A stretch of 64,000 nt of DNA from a virus. Where the stretch lies: positions 1 through 64,000 of IMG/VR virus record IMGVR_UViG_3300046376_000226. One strand, written 5' to 3'. How positions within the stretch are numbered: position 1 is the stretch's first letter; each line of letters starts with the position of its first letter. Positions 38,910-47,800 of this stretch are shown here, piece by piece. Below the pieces are notes generated by a model. That model had not been told where the DNA came from. It worked only from the letters and a program-made list of their open reading frames with translations, and ran no database searches. The translations under genes and the position numbers were made by a program.

Positions 38910-40826
38910 TCATAAAGGCCAAGTCTGTTGGGCAGTGAAGATATCGGTTTGTTTGACCGGCGGCGGCAGCCAGACCTCGCACGGTACCTGGTTAGATGGT
39001 AAGGGCGGCATCACTCGAGGGCCGTCTTCCCAAGGTGGCGGGGGACCCTGAACATTGATCAGGGTTTGCTGATCCTGGCCTGCGTAGGGCGCAAACGGAT
39101 TATCCGGTATCGGCACCGGAACATAGGGAATAGGCGGATTAAACGGGCTGAAATTACGGGTAGTCCTGGCGGCGGCCAGTAACAACATGCATTGATATTG
39201 CCAGTTGACCCCGCCCGGGGCGGCCGTCACGTCGCCTTGAGCTTGCCCCAGATACGCCTCGATAAATTGCAGTCCCCAGGAGATGCCATTCTGAAGTACT
39301 GCGGGCCATTGATCGACCCCCGCGTGCTGGGGCTGGCCACCGGCCGGGTTAGTCAGGGTAATAGCGTGAGCGATTTTAGCCGGGGTGATATCCTGACCGG
39401 CTGGGCCCAGGCTTATGTTCCAGTTGTTGTACTTGGTGCCGATTTGGCCAACGGGCGCGATCGAGAGCAGCCAGTTCATCCAGGGCACACCGATCTGGGT
39501 ATCATTAGCCAGGTTGTTCGGGAAAATCGGACTGTAAAAGTCGACCAGGAGCCGCGTTTTCTTGAATGCCAGCATCCACATCTGGGTGATCTGCTGAAAC
39601 GCATTGTAGAGCAGGTCTAAGCCGGTCCGTCCGTTATAGGTTGTGGCGTAGAGTTCAGCGTTGTCGGCGTCCGAGCGGCAAAAGGCCATCCCGGTCTGCC
39701 AGCCAAACCCCGAGATCACGATATAGGTAAGGCAGGGATGATTATCGTAACGGTGAGCGAAAGCCTTGATGAAAGCTTGCAGTATCAGTTGGTAGTCTAG
39801 ATCCCACGGGGCAGGGACGAGCCCTGTGCCCTGATCGACATCAAAAGTGTTGATCCCGGAATTCATCACCCAGTCCGGGGCCATAGCGCCTGAACCGAAA
39901 ATGATCCCGATCATTTTACCGGTGGCTTGCGCTTGGGCTAGCGCCTGATCGATATAGTTCCAGTTGTAGTCGGTGTCCGGATTATTGCCGCTGGGCGGCT
40001 GATGAGATAGATCGCTCCATTGCATCCGAATGGTTAACCCCGAGCAAAAGGGGTAACCCCATACCGGAGAAGCTTGCATCGGGGGCACGGTATCGCCAAA
40101 GGGTCGGATTGGCGTGAGCCCACCAGGCAGCGTCTTACCGTTTTGATCGACGCTGAACCCGATATTAGGTGTTGGCGCCATGGCGAAGACGATCATCACG
40201 TTACCGGGTTTAGCTGTAGCGTTATAGGAACAGGGTTGCGCCGTGAATGCCCCGCTAGTGGAGGGCACGATCGAAAAGACGGCATGGCCGCTGCTAGTGC
40301 TTTGCTGGACCACAGTCCAGCCGGGAGTTACGGTCTGGCCGGTCCCGTTCCCGTAACAAATCGCGATAACGGTATCGTAAATGTCCGGCAAGTTCATCGC
40401 GATAGAAGGATGAGGCTGGGTGCCTATGGGATAGGCCACGCCCGTAAGGCTGCCAGGAATGATGAGCGGAGTCGCGGGGATGCACAGAGTAAAGGGGCAC
40501 AGGAACAAGTTGTTCACCCCGATGCTCATGTTCACCTGGACCGTAATAGTGGTACCGTCAAAGGCTTGGGTCGGGTTAGCGCATAGAAACAGAGCAGCTG
40601 AATTAGAGGTAGTCTCCCCGGTATTTTGACTGAGCTGGAGCACATAGGTATTACCGGCGCTATCGGTCACGGTGGGTACGGCCGTGCCGGTTATGCGCCA
40701 GGCCACCGCAACGAAAATTGGCCCAGTAACCGGGAAATTTAACTGGGCACTCTGCGTAGAAGTTAGAAGCGTGGTGAGCGCTTGCGCCGAATCGAATACC
40801 CCGGCTGCTCCGGTAAGGGGAGTCAT
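38910..40826 (-). CDS. Virion-associated protein with GH-A/GH42-like TIM-barrel glycoside hydrolase domain
   Basis: GLTIRMQWSDL...YNWNYIDQAL...MAPDWV...PAPWD..Y...FIKAFAHRYDNHP; N-terminal VTDSAGNTY beta-sandwich resembles 61604-62242. Confidence 0.7.
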   Translation of the reverse strand: MTPLTGAAGVFDSAQALTTLLTSTQSAQLNFPVTGPIFVAVAWRITGTAVPTVTDSAGNTYVLQLSQNTGETTSNSAALFLCANPTQAFDGTTITVQVNMSIGVNNLFLCPFTLCIPATPLIIPGSLTGVAYPIGTQPHPSIAMNLPDIYDTVIAICYGNGTGQTVTPGWTVVQQSTSSGHAVFSIVPSTSGAFTAQPCSYNATAKPGNVMIVFAMAPTPNIGFSVDQNGKTLPGGLTPIRPFGDTVPPMQASPVWGYPFCSGLTIRMQWSDLSHQPPSGNNPDTDYNWNYIDQALAQAQATGKMIGIIFGSGAMAPDWVMNSGINTFDVDQGTGLVPAPWDLDYQLILQAFIKAFAHRYDNHPCLTYIVISGFGWQTGMAFCRSDADNAELYATTYNGRTGLDLLYNAFQQITQMWMLAFKKTRLLVDFYSPIFPNNLANDTQIGVPWMNWLLSIAPVGQIGTKYNNWNISLGPAGQDITPAKIAHAITLTNPAGGQPQHAGVDQWPAVLQNGISWGLQFIEAYLGQAQGDVTAAPGGVNWQYQCMLLLAAARTTRNFSPFNPPIPYVPVPIPDNPFAPYAGQDQQTLINVQGPPPPWEDGPRVMPPLPSNQVPCEVWLPPPVKQTDIFTAQQTWPL

Positions 40827-41526
40827 TTAAGGGATTTTGCTCAATGAGGGCGGCGCCGCGCCCGGGGCAGTGTGCCGGGGCGGCTTAGGGGCCACATTAA
40901 CGATCGCCGTGGTCTGGGTCAGTCCGTAATAGACCGGGGGCCCGGTCTCAACCGGATTAACAAACGCTCCGGGCCCGTCTTCACGGACGTGCGGTTTTAC
41001 GGGTGGCCCAGCAGCAAACTTGACCGGTATGAAAGGAGGATTGTGTGCCATTGCTTCCTTATGGGGTTGAGGTGCCGGAGCCGACCACTTTAACCAGGGT
41101 CGGAGTAATGAGGACCCCTAAGCCGTCGATATAGCTACCGGCCGGGAAAGTCTTGGTTGTGCCTCCCATACGTCCGATTTGGCTGGCAAGAAGATGTGGC
41201 GCGCTGGAGCCTGGGCCCATGATGGGCGGGGGCTGGATCTGGGAAATTAATGGTGAGGCTTTATCGGGCAGCACATTAACCCGGCTATGCGGCCAAGTCG
41301 GCCAGCCTGCTGGCGGCGCTTGGTTCTGGCCGTTGGCGCCGGTCGGCATTTTCTTGGGGAAAAATGTGCTCGGGTAAGGGTGAGTCGGAATCGGCGGCGC
41401 AACGGCGATAGTTCCTGTCTGCGGTGAGCCGTAGGGAACGGGGTTAAGGATCGGCCCCAGCTCGAAACCAGGGAAAGGCGCGCCACCCGATGGCGGCGGC
41501 CAGGTTGGGAATGGAGGTAAAGCCAT
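40827..41526 (-). other. Two Pro-rich small ORFs (40827-41051, 41059-41526)
   Basis: Pro-rich, in the tail operon. Confidence 0.5.
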
Positions 41527-41536
41527 AGTTTTCCTT

Positions 41537-42934
41537 TCAAGTTTTAATGATGAATTGCACTGCCAGATAAGGCGGCATGTTGTTATGCGGGGTGCCGCTC
41601 CCGGTGTTAGCCATAGTGATATTAGCCTGGCTCGAGCTGGTTGTAACTAGGCCAGCCCCAGCCACCGCTGCGGCAACGCCGCCGCTTCCGAGCGCTCCGG
41701 TCGGGACGGTGTGAGTATGGCCGGGATCAGTCAGTTGGTGGGCATGGGCCGCTAGCTCAGCGACAATCAGGGCATGAGTGGCCTCGCCTCCGGTTACGGC
41801 TATCGGGAAAGAGTTGCTTTGTCCCAAGGGGAACCTGCCTCTGAAATCGGGCACGTTAAAAGTGGTGCTCCCGTCACCAGCGCCCCAGGTAGTCGAGATA
41901 GCCGCGAACAGGGCAGGAAAACTCGTGCGGCTTAAAGCTGCGCCGTTACAGGCCACCCAGCCTGCTGGAGGCGAGGCAGCCCCGTACATCTTGATCGTGC
42001 CCGGGAGATCCGAGCCGGGTACTCCTTGCGGTCCGGCCGGTCCGGCAGGCCCGACTGCTCCTTGGGCTCCTCTAGGGCCGGTGCCGCTCACGATCGCTCC
42101 GGTCGGGATCACGGTCCCTGGCGGTTCAGCTCCGGCATAATTGAGGTTTAAGAGGTTGAGCGAGTTGGCTGTGAGGTCAACGGACTGGATACTGAAATAA
42201 TTGCCGCCAACCGGCCCAGCCATAAACACAACGAGCCCCGCCGCAAACGCATCCGCTGCGACCACAAAGGCGGTCCCGTTCGTAGTAGGCACCGTGAAAG
42301 CCTGCGCTAAGGTCGTGTAAGCACTGGATCCGGATACCCCTTGCGGCCCGGGCGGCCCTTGCGGTCCCTGCGGTCCTTGGCCGCCGGTTGGCCCGCGCAA
42401 ATTCGCCGGAGAAACCATAGCTCCGGCGCCAATCAAGGTGCCGACTGGCGCATTAGCCGGATCACCAGAATTAACCAGATTAACGTGTAAGGAGTTTGGC
42501 GCGCCGCCTACGCAGGTAAAGGTGCCAGCATTCGGGATATAGACTAAGAGCCCCGCCTTCATCCAGGATGAGTCGGTGACCTGCGTGGTCACCGTTAAGC
42601 CGAGGGCAGGGACACTGAATTGATTCGAAAGAAAGCTAAACGGGGTTTGACCCGGCGGCCCTTGCGGCCCTTGACCGCCTGCTTGACCTGGGGGGCCAAT
42701 CTGACCGGCTGGCCCTGGCAACCCCATTCCAGGCGGCCCTTGTGGCCCTGGGCCACCTCGCAATTGATCAATCCACATCCAAGCTGGAAGCGCACCGGGA
42801 GGGGCGTCGGGTTGAGTCGCACGCCAGAAACCGCCGTCATCGCGCGTGTAAGCGAAGTCGCCGGTAAAGACCACGATCTGATCGATCGCAGGAAGCTGAG
42901 TGTAGGTTGGGAATCCGCCTAAGAAGTTACTCAA
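41537..42934 (-). CDS. Collagen-repeat tail fibre with phage tail collar domain
   Basis: Three GXY runs; PGTIKMYGAASPPAGWVACNG...LFAAISTTWGAGDGSTTFNVPDFRGRFPLG...PHNNMPPYLAVQFIIKT. Confidence 0.92.
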   Translation of the reverse strand: MSNFLGGFPTYTQLPAIDQIVVFTGDFAYTRDDGGFWRATQPDAPPGALPAWMWIDQLRGGPGPQGPPGMGLPGPAGQIGPPGQAGGQGPQGPPGQTPFSFLSNQFSVPALGLTVTTQVTDSSWMKAGLLVYIPNAGTFTCVGGAPNSLHVNLVNSGDPANAPVGTLIGAGAMVSPANLRGPTGGQGPQGPQGPPGPQGVSGSSAYTTLAQAFTVPTTNGTAFVVAADAFAAGLVVFMAGPVGGNYFSIQSVDLTANSLNLLNLNYAGAEPPGTVIPTGAIVSGTGPRGAQGAVGPAGPAGPQGVPGSDLPGTIKMYGAASPPAGWVACNGAALSRTSFPALFAAISTTWGAGDGSTTFNVPDFRGRFPLGQSNSFPIAVTGGEATHALIVAELAAHAHQLTDPGHTHTVPTGALGSGGVAAAVAGAGLVTTSSSQANITMANTGSGTPHNNMPPYLAVQFIIKT

Positions 42935-43049
42935 ATCCGTGTTCCCACGGAGAGGCGAGCTTGCTAGTAGTGGCCGAAACTTAGCTAGCTTTTTACTCGG
43001 TGACGAGTTAAAACTTGCTTGACTTTAAAGCTGCCGCTACAAGCCCCGT

Positions 43050-43343
43050 GTGAATACGCTGCAAGAAGTATTGACCACTTTAGGTAGCCAGAAACTGAGC
43101 CCGGGTTATCTGACCCCTGCTGGCACCGGCACGGCGCACGATACGCTCCGAGCGCTTAAACAGGGTTTCGATCCTTATACCCTGATCAGTAACCCGATTG
43201 CTCGGCCCGCGCTGCTCTTTACTCCGGCCTGGGTCAGAAGCATTGCCGTTGGCCAGGATGCGATTTTCTTGGATGGTGTTGATGGGAACCTGGACTTAAG
43301 CCACGCTCAGGGACCGGCGTATCTATTTACGGAGCCGGTCTGA
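43050..43343 (+). CDS. Hypothetical protein
   Basis: 97-aa ORF coupled to the next gene. Confidence 0.5.
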   Translation: MNTLQEVLTTLGSQKLSPGYLTPAGTGTAHDTLRALKQGFDPYTLISNPIARPALLFTPAWVRSIAVGQDAIFLDGVDGNLDLSHAQGPAYLFTEPV

Positions 43344-43549
43344 TGCCCAATAAGCCTAAAGGGACAATCAAAGGTAAAAAGATCACCTCTGCCCAACAGC
43401 GCCTCTTTGGTACGGCTCGCGGCATGCAGGAGAGCGGCAAATCGAGCAAGACCGCAGCGGGCAAGATCGCGGCTTCGATTGCCCCAAGCGACCTTCACAA
43501 CATTGCAAAAAAGCCCAAGGGCGGTTACCGCTCAAGGAAAGGTAAATAA
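43343..43549 (+). CDS. Small basic protein
   Basis: SAQQRLFGTARGMQ...AAGKIAASI...LHNIAKK. Confidence 0.6.
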   Translation: MPNKPKGTIKGKKITSAQQRLFGTARGMQESGKSSKTAAGKIAASIAPSDLHNIAKKPKGGYRSRKGK

Positions 43550-43551
43550 AT

Positions 43552-43719
43552 ATGGCAGCCAAGAAAAAAGCACCGCCCAAACGGAAGACCGCCAGCGCTA
43601 AAGCCGCCCCACCCAAACGAGTCGGCTCATTTAAACCTCCTAAAAAGCCAAAGATGCCAACGCTGGGCGGCGGCATGATGGGTCTGGGCGGCACTGGTGC
43701 AGGCGGGATGCTCCCGTAG
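43552..43719 (+). CDS. Histone H1-like Lys/Ala/Pro-rich peptide (55 aa)
   Basis: Manual translation MAAKKKAPPKRKTASAKAAPPKRVGSFKPPKKPKMPTLGGGMMGLGGTGAGGMLP. Confidence 0.6.
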   Translation: MAAKKKAPPKRKTASAKAAPPKRVGSFKPPKKPKMPTLGGGMMGLGGTGAGGMLP

Positions 43720-43724
43720 AGCCC

Positions 43725-44180
43725 GTGAGCGTAGAGCAATACTACGCTAGCTTGATGAACCAGCAGGCCCAGGCGGCTCAGCAGCCTCCCTGGCTTAGTG
43801 GTTACGCTAACCAGTACGGTAACCTGCTCCAGCAAGCTCAGCCGTTCCAGCAGGAAGGACTACAAAATGCGGCTGTTATCCCGGATGGGGTCGAACTGGA
43901 TTTCGAGGGTGACCGGTGCGGTAAATCCTACCGGATCAAGCAGAACTGTATTAAGAGCTGGGACATCTATTTCTACGACTGGCACGAGGGGGGCTGGTAC
44001 CAGTTGCGCGACTACGGGGTGACCCAGAAGCGAACTGAAGCGATTGCGGCCTGCAATCAGCATGCGCGCGACTATAAGCTGATCGATTTCCTTCCTACCC
44101 GGCCGAAGTTTAAGTCTAATTGGTATGGCGCCATCGCTGGAGCTGTTGCGTCTGCTGCGTCTGCTGCGGCTTGGATATGA
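43725..44180 (+). CDS. Hypothetical protein
   Basis: 151 aa; Q-rich N-terminus and Ala-rich C-terminus. Confidence 0.45.
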   Translation: MSVEQYYASLMNQQAQAAQQPPWLSGYANQYGNLLQQAQPFQQEGLQNAAVIPDGVELDFEGDRCGKSYRIKQNCIKSWDIYFYDWHEGGWYQLRDYGVTQKRTEAIAACNQHARDYKLIDFLPTRPKFKSNWYGAIAGAVASAASAAAWI

Positions 44181-44275
44181 TGGGGTGGGCGAGTGGTTAT
44201 AAGCCAACGGTGATACGTGACCGGTAGCATATCACCTCTGCTAGCGGTCCGCTGGTTCGAATCCAGCCCCCATCA
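44179..44275 (+). tRNA. tRNA-like element (class II type, aberrant anticodon arm)
   Basis: Acceptor GATGGGG/CCCCATC-A, D arm GGC-GAGTGGTTATAA-GCC, T arm GCTGG-TTCGAAT-CCAGC; central region non-canonical. Confidence 0.7.
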
Positions 44276-44317
44276 TGCGCAACGTTGCGCTATCGGCGCG
44301 CCGCCGAAAAACGAGAA

Positions 44318-44351
44318 GCCCCTTGAAAGGTTCCGACTCCTTCCAAGGGGC
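44318..44351. terminator. GC-rich hairpin between convergent transcription units
   Basis: GCCCCTTG-AAAGG...CCTTC-CAAGGGGC. Confidence 0.5.
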
Positions 44352-44423
44352 GCGTCGTATATGCAAGCACGGCGAGAAACGCCAAGCTAGTTTGCAGAAC
44401 AGTGCTTTAGTCTTACGGGAAAA

Positions 44424-44897
44424 TCAAGGTCCTTCTGGTTCCGGCGCCTGCCCAGCTTGTGCTGGATAAGGTTGACTTACTCCTTGGGGCCCACTGGGTG
44501 CGGGCGGCGGTGTCGGACTGGTCTGCTGAGCCTGCGCTTGCTGAGCCGCTACTTCGGATTGCTGAGCCGCTTTCTGCTGCAAAACGGCTCGCTGCTTCGC
44601 TAAGTTGGCTTGAGCCTCAGTCGGCCCTAAACCCGGTGAGCCGCCGGTCTGGGCAGCATGCATCTTTTCAGCGCTGGCTTCGCCACTCGGGGGCTCCTCG
44701 TCCGGGTCCCGCCTCTTGCGGGGCGGCCCCTGGTAGGTCCCCGGATGCGGACCAAAACCCGCAGCATGCCGGAAGGCTGCTAGCCCGTATTCCTTCATCT
44801 CCGAAGGCATCTCGTCCTCATCAGGATTCTGAAATCCTATGTTCTGGTCCTGGTCTTGACCTCGACCCTGATCCTGATCTTGATCTTGCATGCGCAA
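44424..44897 (-). CDS. Q/P-rich hypothetical virion protein
   Basis: QD repeats; last gene of the ejection-protein operon. Confidence 0.55.
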   Translation of the reverse strand: MRMQDQDQDQGRGQDQDQNIGFQNPDEDEMPSEMKEYGLAAFRHAAGFGPHPGTYQGPPRKRRDPDEEPPSGEASAEKMHAAQTGGSPGLGPTEAQANLAKQRAVLQQKAAQQSEVAAQQAQAQQTSPTPPPAPSGPQGVSQPYPAQAGQAPEPEGP

Positions 44898-44899
44898 CG

Positions 44900-47800
44900 T
44901 TATGCTGCTTCCTGCATTTCTTCAACCGGTAAAGAGGGCAGCTTACCCTGCTTAACCTTGTAAACTAAGGCATGCATGGCATCCAGATAATCAGCCTTGG
45001 GCCGCTGCGGTGAGCCTGCCATCTTGAATAAATCCTTAATGTCAAACCAGAGTAGCGCCTGCTTATCGGCATTGGTCAGGTGGACCCCGGCAGCTTTTAG
45101 CTTTTCACCTGCGCGTCGCATAATGTCGCGCCACCATTCCCGTTCAGTGCCGTTGCGTGGCGCGTCAGCTAGCTTAGTCGTACCCTCATCCAGCTTCTTA
45201 GCCGTCAGGTTCTCCGGAGTCTTGAACGATTCGTCGTAGCTTCCCTCCACTCCTGGGCTCTGTTGATAAAGCCTGTGCCGCTGCCGAGCCCACTTGTAAA
45301 TCTCTGGCGCCAGGGCTCGCGCCGTTGGCCGGTCCAGCTTGCCCTCTGGTACTGCCATCAGCGCATCTAGTTCCTTGGATATCGTCTTGGCCTGATCCTC
45401 ATCGATAGAAACCAACCCCGAATTGAGCACATCCCGAAGCTGGCTCAGATGGGATTTAACGACCTCGCCTTTCTCGATCCGGTCTTTGCGGGTAGCCTCA
45501 TCGCTGAACTTAAACATGTTCCCCGCCATCAGGTTCATGTTCCGGCTGAACCACAGGTCCATAGTGGTGGGATCGTAGTCACCGTTGAGGTTAGAAAAGA
45601 ATGCCCCGATCTTGGCACCCAGCATCATAGCGCCGTTAACCGTGTGGTGCGCTAGTTCACCCCCTACGTCTAAACCAGGATACTGCTTAGCCAGCTCGCC
45701 CACGGTCATGCGCTTCATGAGCATCTTGCGCAGTTTGTCGCTGCCTAGCCCTGGATTATTCTCATCCCCGTGCCAGAGCTTATTGATCTTGGCGAAGTTC
45801 TCTTCCATCTGCTCGGCTTTAAGCCCACCCCCGAAGATCTCGCGCGACTCTGGCAGGCGGCCCGTCTTAACGAAGTGATGGTACGCTGCCCAGGTGCTCT
45901 CGGTATTAGGGAATACATCCTGACCTTGGCTAGTGATAGCCCACGCTAGTTTGAAGGCTAGGTCATGATCCTTATCCGTTGCGATCTTGGGTGCAATCTC
46001 GCCAGCTTTCTTGAGAGCCTTCCGAATGGTGCGACTGTACCAGCCAAAAGCATGGCTGGGCTTGCCGCCAGTCGTAGTGCCAGCCAGCGAGTGCATAACA
46101 TCGTGAACGACCGCATCCGATGCGTGCTCGCGATGCTCCTCATTTTCGTAATCGAGCTTCGGGTTATTGGCATCGTAGTACTCACCAATCTGCTCGTTCT
46201 TAAGCTTGCCTGGGAAGCTCCTAGCTCCAGTCAAGTGAGCATGCATGCTTTGTGGGTGAATGTCCGGATTCTGCTTAACCCAGGCTTTGCTAATTTTGTT
46301 TAGCCGGACAGAGGCAGCCTGCTCTTTTTTGTCTTCCGGAGTCTCGATTTTATCCCGATCAATGGCTGCTGTACGCATTGCTTCAGCCTTGATCGCCTTT
46401 TCTTCGTCCGCTTCGGCCTTAGTCTTCTTGACTTTGCCCGGAGCGGGCTGCTCCTCGGCCTCGGGCTCCTCGGCTTCTTCTTCCGCTCCAGGTTTTGCTC
46501 CAGGTTTAGTACCGGCCGTCTCGGGCAGCGGCTCGCCAGGGGCAGGTGGTGCGGCTTTCTGAGGCTTGGGCTTGGCAGCCTCAGTTTCGGTTGAAGTCGG
46601 TTTTTCAGGGACTAATCGGTTACGCCCCAGATCTTCGGCTGCTAAGCTTTCGTCTTCTGTCTTACCGACCTGTTTAGCCGATTTGGCGATTTGATGCGCT
46701 TCGTCACGATCAACAAATCGCCCTTTATTAGTGGTGAAACCGACTTCGTAGTTATTAGGATCTTTTCTGCGCTCAGCGGCTACAGCTGCGTCATAATGAG
46801 TAAAACCCTCGGTGATTTTCCCGGTCGGGACATGATGGACGGCAGCCGCCCGGATTGCCTCAGGTTGTTCCGGTGAGGGTTGCGGCTTCGCGGAAGGCGC
46901 TGCTGGCGGGGTTTTTGTCGGCGCGGCAGCAGGAGGTTCGTCATCCTGGTCTGGGGGCGGCGTTGCCGGGGGTGCCGCAGTAGTCGATACTGTCTGTCCA
47001 GCTAAATCATCGGGATCGCCCTGGGGTTTAACTAAACCGCCTTTAGCAAAGCCAGCAGGCTTAGTGGGTAACGGCACCTCGGCAGCCTTTTGCCGGTACT
47101 TTTCGACATCGATCTTTCCGTTAATCCATTGCTCACGCAGATTGTGCTTCATCTGCGTATGCTCTTCCGGTGTGATCGCTTCCGGGTCGTCCTCGTACGG
47201 TGTCACTAACCCACCACTACCTCCAACAAAGCGGTACTCATCCGGATCCTCACCCATGGCTTCTAAGCGCCTGTGCGCTTCGGCTTCATCGATCTTATGA
47301 TCAGAGAAATCGCGCTCGATCTTATTGATCTGGGCGTTGTCCTGATAGGTGTGATGCAACGAGGTAGCAATCGGTACATCCGGACGCCCTTGTTCAGAGG
47401 TGTTTTGGATTGCCCTGGTCAGGTTCTGGAATTCTTTTCCGGGCCGGATGGTCTCCGGGAAATAACGTTCATCCTGGTGGTGCGCCACGATTAAGCCGGT
47501 CTTAAAACTGCGGACACTGGGTTCCAGTACCCGATTGCGCCAGCCTGGGTCGTGCTGTTCGATATGATGGCGCATCCGGTTGGTTTCGCCCTCCGGAGTA
47601 ATCAAAGTGCCGTTGGCTTTAGCTAGCTCCCGCAGTTTCTGCGCGTCCTCGTGGCCCGCAAAAGCCATCGTGTTATTAATTACCGTGTTAATGAAGTCGG
47701 CTTCCCGTCGCTTCAATTTGTACGGAACATGGCTCGGGTCAGGTATATTAGGCAGATCCTCGGTACCCAGCGCATGCCCGCGCCCGGTCGCGGTATGACC

